DNA from: Alkalihalobacterium elongatum
GTDB lineage: Bacteria > Bacillota > Bacilli > Bacillales > Bacillaceae_F
DNA: 24,000 nucleotides
Direction of reading: 5' to 3'
NCBI RefSeq assembly: GCF_019024285.1
Contig: NZ_WMKZ01000008.1
Coordinates: forward strand, 1-24,000
Positions 8,947-17,603 of the stretch are shown here, piece after piece. Under the pieces are notes generated by a model that saw nothing but the letters and a program-made list of their open reading frames with translations, made no database searches and was not told where the DNA came from. The position numbers were made by a program, and so were the translations under genes. Every line of letters begins with the position of its first letter. Within the stretch, counting starts at the first letter, position 1.

Positions 8947-9351
8947 ATGAATAGACGTCTAGCACGTTTAAGAGCAGTTCAAGCTCTTTTTCAAATTGAT
9001 TTAACAGCAGTAGAATGGAAAGAAGCATTATCAAACTCACTCGAAGATAATGAAGAAATCACTCCATTTTTAGAAAAAATCGTTTCAGGAACTTTAACAC
9101 ACAAAGAAGAAATCGATGCTATTTTATCAAAAAATCTATCGAATTGGTCATTAGATAGAGTAGGGAACGTCGATCGAGCCGTCCTCCGTATGGCTGTACA
9201 TGAAATGAAATTTATTGATGACATTCCGATGAATGTCACATTCAATGAAGCGATTGAACTTGCAAAAGCTTTTGGTGGGGAAGAGTCAGGCCGCTTTGTT
9301 AATGGGGTCTTATCTAATGTTGTCCAAGCTATAAGTAAAGAAGAAAATTAA
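8947..9351 (+). CDS. nusB: Transcription antitermination factor NusB
   Basis: NusB-like sequence (R..AR..A.Q.LFQ.D...; ...DR...VDRA.LR.A..E......P..V..NEA.ELAK.F.....G.FVNGVL). 134 aa. Confidence 0.95.
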   Translation: MNRRLARLRAVQALFQIDLTAVEWKEALSNSLEDNEEITPFLEKIVSGTLTHKEEIDAILSKNLSNWSLDRVGNVDRAVLRMAVHEMKFIDDIPMNVTFNEAIELAKAFGGEESGRFVNGVLSNVVQAISKEEN

Positions 9352-9378
9352 AAAGGTTATGGGAATAGGAGTGTTACC

Positions 9379-10224
9379 ATGTCAGCAACGATTATTAGTG
9401 GAAAAGAATTAGCAGCAAATAAGAGACAAGCGATGAAATTAGAAGTTGAACAGCTTAGTAAAAAAGGTATTGTTCCTGGGCTAGCAGTTATATTAATTGG
9501 GGAGCACCCAGCTTCAAAGTCTTACGTTTCAGGAAAAGTTAAAGCTTGTGAAGAAGTTGGAATTCGTTCAGTTCTTATTGAAAAATCAGAAGACATTACT
9601 GAAGAAGAACTATTAAACCTGATTGAAAGCTTGAATAATGACAGTGAAATTCATGGAATCCTCGTACAGCTGCCATTACCGAAACATATTTCTGAAAGAG
9701 CAGTTATCGAAAAAATTAGTCCAGAAAAAGATGTTGATGGTTTTCATCCAATTAGCATTGGAAAAATGATGATCGGTGAAGAAACTTTCCTTCCGTGTAC
9801 CCCTTTTGGTATCGTAGAAATGTTGAAGTCCAAAGAAATTAAATTAGAAGGAAAGCATGTTGTTGTTATTGGAAGAAGTAATATTGTTGGGAAACCTGTA
9901 GGACAGCTCTTACTAAATGAAAATGCAACTGTAACTTACTGTCATTCTCGTACGGAAAACATGAAGGAGCTAACAAAACAAGCTGATATCCTCATCGTTG
10001 CGGTTGGAAAAGCAAATTTTGTTGATGCAAGTTATGTGAAAGAGGGCGCGGCAGTTATTGACGTCGGAGTAAATCGTTTAGATACAGGAAAGTTATGCGG
10101 TGACGTCGTGTTCGATGAAGTAAAAGAAGTTGCATCTTATTTAACACCTGTACCTGGTGGAGTAGGGCCAATGACAATAACGATGCTTTTACATAATACA
10201 ATTATTTCGGCAAAGCGAGGTTAA
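9379..10224 (+). CDS. folD: Bifunctional methylenetetrahydrofolate dehydrogenase/methenyl-THF cyclohydrolase
   Basis: FolD signatures: [54 protein letters not shown], and VGVN...GKL.GDV followed by [11 protein letters not shown]. Confidence 0.97.
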   Translation: MSATIISGKELAANKRQAMKLEVEQLSKKGIVPGLAVILIGEHPASKSYVSGKVKACEEVGIRSVLIEKSEDITEEELLNLIESLNNDSEIHGILVQLPLPKHISERAVIEKISPEKDVDGFHPISIGKMMIGEETFLPCTPFGIVEMLKSKEIKLEGKHVVVIGRSNIVGKPVGQLLLNENATVTYCHSRTENMKELTKQADILIVAVGKANFVDASYVKEGAAVIDVGVNRLDTGKLCGDVVFDEVKEVASYLTPVPGGVGPMTITMLLHNTIISAKRG

Positions 10225-10241
10225 GGTAAGGAGCCGTTCTT

Positions 10242-11603
10242 ATGTCTAATGAAAATATTTTATCTGTAACTGAAGTAACTCGTTACATAAAAAGGCAGTT
10301 CGAAAATGATGATGTTTTACAGAATGTCTGGATTAGAGGAGAGCTTTCTAACTTTAAACATCATAATCGTGGACATATGTACTTCACAATAAAAGATGAA
10401 CAAGCACGAATGCAAGCGGTCATGTTCGCTGGAAATAATCGTTTCTTAAAATTTAAACCTGAAGATGGCATGAAAGTTCTTATACGTGGTGAGATAACTG
10501 TTTATGAAGCATATGGGCAATATCAAATGTATGCTAGAGAAATGCAGCCTGATGGTGTTGGAAGCCTCTATATGGCTTACGAACAATTAAAGGAAAAGTT
10601 AGAAATTGAAGGACTTTTTGCTCCACATTTAAAAAAGCCGCTTCCTAATTATGCAATGAGGATCGGTATTGCAACCTCACCAACAGGGGCGGCTATCCGT
10701 GATATTATCACTACGATAAAAAGGCGTTTTCCAATAGCTAATATTACGTTACTACCAGTATTAGTTCAAGGGGAAGGAGCTGCACCTTCCATAGTAAAGG
10801 CGATCCGACAGGCGAACGAAGTAGATATGTTTGACGTCTTAATTATTGGGCGTGGTGGCGGTTCGATTGAGGAGTTGTGGGCATTTAATGAAGAAGCGGT
10901 AGCTCGTGCAATTTACCACTCAGCTATACCAATCATTTCTGCAGTAGGCCATGAAACTGACTTTACAATTGCTGACTTTGTTGCAGATATACGAGCGGCG
11001 ACACCTACAGCTGCAGCTGAACTAGCAGTTCCAGAACTAAAAGAACTGGTAAAAGCAATTGATTTGCAAAAACTTAGATTGCGTCGAGCCTTAATGGAAA
11101 AGATAGACCGTGAAAAACAACGACTAAATAGGTTACAAAAATCATATGCGTTCCGCTACCCACAACAACTAGTTCATCAAAAAGAGCAAGAACTTGACCG
11201 ATTATATGACCGTTTAGAACGAGAGATGCGGAGATTATTAGATAAACGCACAGAACAGGTAAATCAGTTAACAAAAGACATAATGAGGAACCATCCAGAA
11301 GCAAAGGTTGTAGAAGCTAGACAACAGTCTATTTTTTTAAGAGAACAACTTCTGCGAAATATGAAATGGTTACTTAAGGAGAAACAAAATAAGTTTCAAA
11401 ATCAGGTACAGACACTTGAAGTACTCAGTCCCTTGCGAATGATGGAACGAGGGTATAGTTTAGCTTTTAATGATCGTGACCAGTTAGTTAAATCCATAAC
11501 TGATGTAACCAAGAATGACGAAGTTAAGATTCGAGTTATGGATGGTACCGTTAAGTGTCAAGTATTAGATACTAAAGAGGAAACTTTATTAAAAGGTGGA
11601 TGA
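10242..11603 (+). CDS. xseA: Exodeoxyribonuclease VII large subunit
   Basis: N-terminal OB fold (V.GE.SNFK.H..GH.YF.IKD), the catalytic core (GRGGGS.EELW.FNEE.VARAI..S..P.ISAVGHETD.T.ADFVAD.RA.TPTAAAE), and a coiled-coil C-terminus. Confidence 0.96.
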   Translation: MSNENILSVTEVTRYIKRQFENDDVLQNVWIRGELSNFKHHNRGHMYFTIKDEQARMQAVMFAGNNRFLKFKPEDGMKVLIRGEITVYEAYGQYQMYAREMQPDGVGSLYMAYEQLKEKLEIEGLFAPHLKKPLPNYAMRIGIATSPTGAAIRDIITTIKRRFPIANITLLPVLVQGEGAAPSIVKAIRQANEVDMFDVLIIGRGGGSIEELWAFNEEAVARAIYHSAIPIISAVGHETDFTIADFVADIRAATPTAAAELAVPELKELVKAIDLQKLRLRRALMEKIDREKQRLNRLQKSYAFRYPQQLVHQKEQELDRLYDRLEREMRRLLDKRTEQVNQLTKDIMRNHPEAKVVEARQQSIFLREQLLRNMKWLLKEKQNKFQNQVQTLEVLSPLRMMERGYSLAFNDRDQLVKSITDVTKNDEVKIRVMDGTVKCQVLDTKEETLLKGG

Positions 11604-11606
11604 GTT

Positions 11607-11852
11607 ATGAGCGAGCAAAAGCGAGAGGAATTATCTTTTGAAGATGCAATAAACGAATTAGAAAGTGTTGTCGAAAAGCTTGAACAAGGTGATGTGCCAT
11701 TAGAAGAAGCAATTTCGATGTTTCAACAAGGAATGAACTTATCTAAATTATGCCATGACAAATTAACTGTTGTTGAAAAACAATTAGAACAAATTCTTAC
11801 AGAAGATGGCCAATTAGAAGAAGTATCTTTTCAGGAGGATCAAGCAGAGTGA
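11607..11852 (+). CDS. xseB: Exodeoxyribonuclease VII small subunit
   Basis: 81 aa with the motif [30 protein letters not shown]. It lies directly after xseA. Confidence 0.95.
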   Translation: MSEQKREELSFEDAINELESVVEKLEQGDVPLEEAISMFQQGMNLSKLCHDKLTVVEKQLEQILTEDGQLEEVSFQEDQAE

Positions 11853-12736
11853 TTGATCTAAAACAATTTCTACAAAAAAGTAAATTAGAATTAGAACAAC
11901 AATTACCAAACTGCATCAGCGGATTAAAAGCCCCAGCAACTTTAAAAGAAGCGATGGCTTATTCATTGTCTGCTGGTGGAAAACGAGTGCGTCCTGTTTT
12001 ATTATTAGCAACTCTTCATGCTTTTAATCGCGATGAAAAAATTGGAAATAATATTGCATGTGCAATTGAAATGTTACATACGTATTCGTTAATCCACGAT
12101 GATTTACCAGCGATGGATGACGATGACTTGCGTAGGGGCAAGCCAACTAATCATAAGGTTTTTGGTGAAGCGATGGCTATACTCGCTGGGGATGCTCTTC
12201 TAACTTACTCGTTTCAGTTAATTTCTGAAATACCAAACGAGTTTGCAACAGATAGTATGAAAGTTAAATTAATTCAAGAACTGGCAAAAGCAGCGGGTCC
12301 TGAAGGAATGGTAGGTGGGCAAGTTGCCGATATGGAAGGGGAAGGAAAAAATTTAACTCTAGAGGAGCTGGAGTATATTCACTATCATAAAACGGGTGAT
12401 TTACTAACATATTCTGTCTTGGCGGGGGCTATCCTTGCAGGGGCACAAGAGGAAGAAATTGAACAATTACGTCTGTTTGGGAAAGAGCTAGGCCTTGTCT
12501 TTCAAATCAAGGATGACATCCTTGATATAGAAGGAGATGCGAATATGATTGGTAAGCCAGTCGGTAGTGATTCTGGTAAGGATAAAAGTACATATCCTTC
12601 ATTATTGACGATGGATGGAGCAAAAGAAAAATTATTCGAGCATACAAATAGAGCAAAGGAATATTTATATAATGTAAAGCTTGAAAACTCATTATTAATG
12701 GCAATAACGGACTATATTGTGGAAAGAGATCATTAA
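11849..12736 (+). CDS. ispA: Farnesyl diphosphate synthase (polyprenyl synthetase family)
   Basis: First and second aspartate-rich motifs [20 protein letters not shown] and FQI.DDILD. The GTG start overlaps the xseB TGA stop (GTGA). Confidence 0.95.
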   Translation: MIDLKQFLQKSKLELEQQLPNCISGLKAPATLKEAMAYSLSAGGKRVRPVLLLATLHAFNRDEKIGNNIACAIEMLHTYSLIHDDLPAMDDDDLRRGKPTNHKVFGEAMAILAGDALLTYSFQLISEIPNEFATDSMKVKLIQELAKAAGPEGMVGGQVADMEGEGKNLTLEELEYIHYHKTGDLLTYSVLAGAILAGAQEEEIEQLRLFGKELGLVFQIKDDILDIEGDANMIGKPVGSDSGKDKSTYPSLLTMDGAKEKLFEHTNRAKEYLYNVKLENSLLMAITDYIVERDH

Positions 12737-12781
12737 TTTGTTAGTGGCGGAAGCTTGTTATATGGCTGACAGACATTTTCA

Positions 12782-12810
12782 TTGAGCGATTTTCTATCTA
12801 GTGATATAAT
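12782..12810 (+). promoter_or_regulatory. Near-consensus sigma-A promoter internal to the operon, positioned to drive the large ncRNA
   Basis: -35 TTGAGC (12782-12787), a 17-nt spacer, an extended TG (12802-12803) and a perfect -10 TATAAT (12805-12810). The predicted transcription start is near 12817. I saw no terminator between the ispA stop and this promoter. Confidence 0.65.
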
Positions 12811-12816
12811 AACTCT

Positions 12817-13420
12817 ACAAAGAGAGTGGTGCAGTATTCTAGTCGGCTCTCTATTCTTGAAGGCGGGGCTAAAAATCCGCCAAAGGGCACATCGATGAAG
12901 CTCCTTGTGTCGGCTTGAGGCGCCCAGCTTTGGGTCGGCGCTGGGTGTTAAGGTGTGGGGGCGATCCACAAAGGCATGTGGGCGTTGACCCTCACTCCGC
13001 GGAGGCCTTGTATTTACACTGTATGCGGTGCATACAAATGGTGTAATATGGGGTATGAACCTGCTAAGGCATGCTTGGGTAGTATGCCGGCAGCGTAGCC
13101 TGCCTTGAGTGGAGTTAGAGGGGATTATGGGAGTGGGTCTAAAGGTTGTCGGCCAACAACGTTTATTCCTTGTCCATATGAAATCTGCTCTGCAAAAGAG
13201 GATAAAAGAATAGCGAGGAGCTGCCGAGGAAAACTCCTAGACTGTTCGAAAGACATTTAAAGAGGATTGAAGTGTGGACTAAGTGGTAATCTAGTCTAGC
13301 GTTAGGTGACTGCGCTAAGATATGTTGAAAGGGAAACCACCAAAGCGGCGACGCTTCGGTACGTATCTGGGAAATCCTACTGGACCTAAGCCACAGCATT
13401 TACTCTTTAAATGACCACTC
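12817..13420 (+). ncRNA. ole: OLE (ornate, large, extremophilic) RNA candidate. Boundaries are approximate.
   Basis: The 769-nt gap has no + strand ORF and is visibly more GC-rich than the flanks. It contains many local helices, including a GNRA-capped hairpin. It has the diagnostic synteny ispA - RNA - 4-TM protein - dxs known for OLE RNA. I assigned the strand from the promoter and the co-orientation with flanking genes. I could not run a covariance-model search. Confidence 0.78.
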
Positions 13421-13505
13421 AGCTATACATATATACTAATGGCGTGTAAGTTGAGTCGTCTTTTGAACTTTGTTAAATTAAAAAGATAGGTGACAAAAAA
13501 TATAA

Positions 13506-14111
13506 ATGAAACACTCATTTATTAAATCCATAAATTGGAGTTTAGCAATTGCCGTTATCACACTTGTGTTAGCGGCTATTTTTTCAGTTATTTCTACGCT
13601 CTTATTGAGTGGTGTAACATGGGCTCTAGGTATGGTTATCGTATTTATTATTGTGTTAATTGGAATCTTTTTTGATACAATTGGTGTAGCCGCAACAGCT
13701 GCCAATGAAGGTCCTTTTCATGCTATGGCCTCACGAAAGCTCATAGGGGCGAAACATGCTGTTAAAATAACAAGAAATGCGGATCGTTTTGCAAACTTCT
13801 GTAATGATGTAATTGGTGATATCGCAGGGATCGTAAGTGGTACTGCATCTGCTTATGTTGTTCTCCAACTGTCTATACAGCTTGGCCACGGAGAAGGATC
13901 GTTGGACCAATTTTTTATTTCTGTTTTGTTTACAAGTGTAGTGGCTGCTTTGACTGTTGGTGGAAAATCTATTGGAAAAACGCTAGCTATTCAATACTCT
14001 ACTCCTATCATTTATCAGGTTGGTAGAATATTATATATTTTAGAGGTAAAATTAAAAATAACACTTTTTGTTAATAATGGTAAGAACGGAAAGCGTAAGA
14101 AAAAGAGATAA
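13506..14111 (+). CDS. oapA: OLE-associated protein A (small four-TM membrane protein with a basic C-terminal tail)
   Basis: 201 aa (about 21-22 kDa) with four hydrophobic segments and a C-terminal NNGKNGKRKKKR tail. It lies immediately downstream of the OLE-like RNA and upstream of dxs, as described for oapA. Confidence 0.72.
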   Translation: MKHSFIKSINWSLAIAVITLVLAAIFSVISTLLLSGVTWALGMVIVFIIVLIGIFFDTIGVAATAANEGPFHAMASRKLIGAKHAVKITRNADRFANFCNDVIGDIAGIVSGTASAYVVLQLSIQLGHGEGSLDQFFISVLFTSVVAALTVGGKSIGKTLAIQYSTPIIYQVGRILYILEVKLKITLFVNNGKNGKRKKKR

Positions 14112-14136
14112 GAATAATTGAAAGTGAGGGTTCTTA

Positions 14137-16026
14137 ATGGAACTTGAAAATATAAAAGACCCTAGTATGTTAAAGCAGCTATCCAAAGCAGAATTAGAAA
14201 AATTAGCATCTGAAATTCGTCACTTTCTAATAGAAAAGTTATCAGTTACAGGTGGTCATCTAGGTCCTAATTTGGGAGTCGTTGAGTTAACAATGGTCTT
14301 ACATTACTGTTTAGAAAGTCCTAAGGATAAAATTATCTGGGATGTCGGCCACCAAGCGTACGTTCATAAAATTCTAACAGGAAGAGCAGGCCAATTTGAC
14401 AGCTTACGTCAGTATAAAGGGTTATGTGGTTTTCCAAAAAGAAACGAGAGTGAACATGATGTTTGGGAAACAGGACATAGCTCTACATCCTTATCTGCTG
14501 CAATGGGTATGGCAACGGCTCGTGATTTAAAAGGTACTGATGAAACTGTTGTTGCTGTTATTGGAGATGGAGCGCTTACTGGTGGAATGGCACTAGAAGC
14601 ATTGAACCATATAGGTCATGAGCAAAAGGACATTATTGTGATCTTAAACGATAATGAAATGTCTATTGCGCCAAACGTTGGGGCACTTCATAATGTTTTA
14701 GGGCGTTTAAGAACTGCTGGAAAATATCATAAAGCTAAAGAAGAATTAGAAATGTTAATTCGAAAAATCCCAGCATTTGGTGGTAAATTAGCAGCTACTG
14801 CAGAACGTGTAAAAGATAGTCTGAAATATTTACTGGTTTCTGGCATCTTTTTTGAGGAAATGGGATTTACTTATTTAGGTCCAGTTGATGGTCATGATTT
14901 TGATGATTTACTGGAAAATATGAAGTATGCCAAAAAAACAAAAGGTCCTGTATTAATCCATGTTCTTACAAAAAAAGGAAAAGGCTATGCCCCTGCTGAA
15001 AATGATGCTGAAGGAACATGGCATGGATTAGGCCCGTATAAAATTGAATCTGGTGAAGTAGTTAAAAAGCCAGGACCACCAAGCTATAGTGGTGTTTTCA
15101 GTGAAACACTTAAAAAAATCGCTAGAGAAGACAAACGTTTAGTTGCGATTACTGCTGCGATGCCTGGTGGGACCAAATTGGATAAATTCGCTGCAGAATT
15201 TCCAGAGCGGATGTTTGATGTCGGGATCGCCGAACAACATGCAACGACGATGGCTGGGGGATTAGCTACACAAGGCATAAAACCTGTTTTCGCTGTCTAC
15301 TCGACATTCTTGCAAAGAGGATATGATCAAGTCGTCCATGATATCTGTCGTCAAAATTTAAATGTCGTATTTGCTATTGATCGAGCTGGTCTTGTAGGGG
15401 CTGATGGAGAAACACACCAAGGTGTATTTGATATTGCTTATCTTCGCCACCTACCTAACATGGTTATCCTTATGCCAAAGGATGAAAATGAACTTCAGCA
15501 TATGATTTATACTGCTGTTCAGTATGATGATGGTCCAATTGCGGTTCGCTATCCTCGTGGCAATGGTTACGGAATTAAAATGGATGAACAGTTAAAACAA
15601 ATCCCAATTGGAAAATGGGAAGTACTACAAGATGGAAATGATGCCTGTATATTAACGTTCGGAACGATGATTCCTGTGGCTGAAGAAGCAGCACGTCAAC
15701 TTGCATTACAAGGAGTATCAGTAAGAATAGTTAATGCTCGTTCAGTAAAACCTTTGGATGAGGAAATGCTTACTGAACTTGCTGAATCGAACTTACCGAT
15801 ATTAACTTTAGAGGAAACTGCTATTCAAGGCAGCTTTGGAAGTGCTGTATTAGAATTTTTCCACGATAATGATTTCCACAATGTTGTCGTTGAACGTATG
15901 GGTATCCCTGATAAATTTATTGAACATGGTAGTGTTTCGCAACTACTGGAGGAAATTGGTTTAACTTCAGCTAAAGTTGCAGAAAAAATTACTACGATGG
16001 TTCCTCGAAAAAGACAAAGGGCATAA
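14137..16026 (+). CDS. dxs: 1-deoxy-D-xylulose-5-phosphate synthase
   Basis: Motifs [31 protein letters not shown], the TPP motif GDGA.T.G.A.EALN and [14 protein letters not shown]. 629 aa. Confidence 0.97.
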   Translation: MELENIKDPSMLKQLSKAELEKLASEIRHFLIEKLSVTGGHLGPNLGVVELTMVLHYCLESPKDKIIWDVGHQAYVHKILTGRAGQFDSLRQYKGLCGFPKRNESEHDVWETGHSSTSLSAAMGMATARDLKGTDETVVAVIGDGALTGGMALEALNHIGHEQKDIIVILNDNEMSIAPNVGALHNVLGRLRTAGKYHKAKEELEMLIRKIPAFGGKLAATAERVKDSLKYLLVSGIFFEEMGFTYLGPVDGHDFDDLLENMKYAKKTKGPVLIHVLTKKGKGYAPAENDAEGTWHGLGPYKIESGEVVKKPGPPSYSGVFSETLKKIAREDKRLVAITAAMPGGTKLDKFAAEFPERMFDVGIAEQHATTMAGGLATQGIKPVFAVYSTFLQRGYDQVVHDICRQNLNVVFAIDRAGLVGADGETHQGVFDIAYLRHLPNMVILMPKDENELQHMIYTAVQYDDGPIAVRYPRGNGYGIKMDEQLKQIPIGKWEVLQDGNDACILTFGTMIPVAEEAARQLALQGVSVRIVNARSVKPLDEEMLTELAESNLPILTLEETAIQGSFGSAVLEFFHDNDFHNVVVERMGIPDKFIEHGSVSQLLEEIGLTSAKVAEKITTMVPRKRQRA

Positions 16027-16030
16027 ATAA

Positions 16031-16849
16031 ATGAGCAAAAAAGAACGAATTGATGTATTGCTAGTTGATAAAGGTTTAATTGAAACTCGAGAAAAAGCAA
16101 AACGAGCAGTTATGGCGGGCTTAGTATATGTTGAGAGTGAACGTATTGACAAGCCTGGTATGAAAATAAATATTGATGCGCCGTTAACGATCAAAGGTGA
16201 TGTTCTGCCATACGTTAGTCGTGGTGGACTAAAGCTTGAAAAAGCGATGAAGGTATTTGATCTTCAGTTAGAGGGAGCAACAGTATTAGATATTGGGGCT
16301 TCAACTGGTGGGTTTACAGACTGTGCCTTACAAAATGGTGCTAAGAGAGTTTATGCATTAGATGTAGGCTACAATCAATTAGCTTGGAAGCTAAGGACGG
16401 ATGAGCGAGTTTGTGTAATGGAACGAACGAATTTTCGCTATGTTAAGGCAGAGGATCTCATACATGGACTCCCTAATTTTGCTACAATAGATGTTTCCTT
16501 TATTTCGTTAAAGCTTATACTTCCCGTATTAAAATCATTACTGTTGGAAAAAGGTCACGTAATCGCTTTAGTTAAGCCACAGTTTGAGGCAGGAAGAGAA
16601 GAAGTAGGAAAAAAAGGAATCGTTAGAGATCCGAAGACTCACATTAAAGTTGTACAAGATATTGTAGACTTCTCGTTAAGGGAAGGGTATAAGATTGCTG
16701 GTATAGACTACTCGCCGATTAAAGGTGGAGAGGGTAATATTGAATTTTTATTATATTTAAGATGGAATTCAAATGAAGATATAATTCCTCCATTACTATC
16801 AGTGGAAGAAGTAGTTAGCGAGGCGCATGCACAACTAAAAAAAGACTAA
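16031..16849 (+). CDS. tlyA: TlyA-family rRNA 2'-O-ribose methyltransferase (S4 domain plus FtsJ-like methyltransferase)
   Basis: N-terminal S4-like region (R.D.LLV..GL..TREKA...) and the SAM motif VLDIGASTGGFTDC.LQ.GA..VYA.DVG. It corresponds in position to yqxC in B. subtilis. Confidence 0.92.
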   Translation: MSKKERIDVLLVDKGLIETREKAKRAVMAGLVYVESERIDKPGMKINIDAPLTIKGDVLPYVSRGGLKLEKAMKVFDLQLEGATVLDIGASTGGFTDCALQNGAKRVYALDVGYNQLAWKLRTDERVCVMERTNFRYVKAEDLIHGLPNFATIDVSFISLKLILPVLKSLLLEKGHVIALVKPQFEAGREEVGKKGIVRDPKTHIKVVQDIVDFSLREGYKIAGIDYSPIKGGEGNIEFLLYLRWNSNEDIIPPLLSVEEVVSEAHAQLKKD

Positions 16850-16852
16850 GAT

Positions 16853-16883
16853 GAGGGGGGACTTTTATTCCCCTCTATTTTTT
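16853..16883 (+). terminator. Rho-independent terminator after tlyA
   Basis: Stem GAGGGG (16853-16858) / CCCCTC (16870-16875), followed by TATTTTTT. Confidence 0.7.
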
Positions 16884-17013
16884 ATGCTTATCGTGGTGAA
16901 TGTAAGTATTAAATACACCTAGAGCGTGAAAAACGTATAAAGTATTTACAAAAACGCATAAACTTTAGAATATATTATTTATACATTTATTATTATAATT
17001 ATTTGTAAAGACC

Positions 17014-17041
17014 TTGAATTCAGTACGGATACATGTAAAAT
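17014..17041 (+). promoter_or_regulatory. Candidate sigma-A promoter for argR
   Basis: -35 TTGAAT (17014-17019), a 16-nt spacer, and -10 TAAAAT (17036-17041). Confidence 0.45.
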
Positions 17042-17140
17042 AATGAATATACAATTAGTGAATATAAGAGAGGCTTTTATTTCAAAAGCTGATTTTCACA
17101 AACTATATTGCTATATAAAAAATATGAGTAGGTGAATGAA

Positions 17141-17590
17141 ATGAATAAAGGACAAAGGCATATAAAAATTAGAGAGATCATAACAAATCAAGAAATAGAA
17201 ACACAAGATGATTTAGTCGAACAATTAAAAAGCTCAGGTTATAATGTTACGCAGGCTACAGTATCACGTGATATTAAAGAGCTACATTTAGTTAAAGTAC
17301 CAATGATTGATGGACGCTATAAATATAGCTTGCCTGCTGATCAACGCTTTAATCCATTACAAAAATTAAAGAGATCTTTAATGGATAGCTTTGTCAGTAT
17401 AGATCGTTCGGAAAATATGATTGTTATGAAGACGTTACCTGGTAATGCAAACGCGGTTGGAGCACTAATAGATAACTTAGATTGGAATGAAATTATGGGG
17501 ACCATTTGTGGTGATGATACCATATTAATCATTTGTAAACATAAAGAGGATAGCCCGAGTATTACTGAACGTTTCTTAGAAATGCTATAA
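17141..17590 (+). CDS. argR: Arginine repressor ArgR/AhrC. The ATG at 17141 is preferred over the tracked GTG at 17132.
   Basis: The sequence is very similar to B. subtilis AhrC from memory ([14 protein letters not shown]...[18 protein letters not shown]...[17 protein letters not shown]...[12 protein letters not shown]). RBS GTAGGTGA (17128-17135) lies upstream. Confidence 0.96.
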   Translation: MNKGQRHIKIREIITNQEIETQDDLVEQLKSSGYNVTQATVSRDIKELHLVKVPMIDGRYKYSLPADQRFNPLQKLKRSLMDSFVSIDRSENMIVMKTLPGNANAVGALIDNLDWNEIMGTICGDDTILIICKHKEDSPSITERFLEML

Positions 17591-17603
17591 AGGGTGAAGT
17601 ATT

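Noticed and set aside
12733-12969. 78-aa minus-strand ORF inside the ispA-oapA gap
   Set aside because: It has no RBS. Its composition is odd, rich in Arg, Pro, His, Cys and Leu. It lies antisense to a GC-rich region that folds into helices and is opposite in orientation to the whole operon. GC-rich structured RNA commonly yields stop-free antisense frames.
13163-13399. Second 78-aa minus-strand ORF inside the same gap
   Set aside because: The same reasoning applies. It has no ribosome-binding site, a low-complexity Ser/Leu/Trp-rich translation, and overlaps predicted RNA helices.
12737-13505. The gap as a riboswitch, T-box or leader controlling oapA/dxs, or as a decayed pseudogene
   Set aside because: At about 770 nt it is far longer than any known cis-regulatory leader. 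There is no terminator/antiterminator pair next to the oapA start, and it has its own promoter. No reading frame shows remnants of a recognisable protein. A trans-acting large ncRNA (OLE) explains the synteny better.
17567-17580. Possible LexA (Cheo) box GAACGTTTCTTA upstream of recN
   Set aside because: It does not fit GAAC-N4-GTTC because the second half-site is absent. I found no better SOS box by eye in the 150 nt upstream of recN, but I did not search exhaustively.
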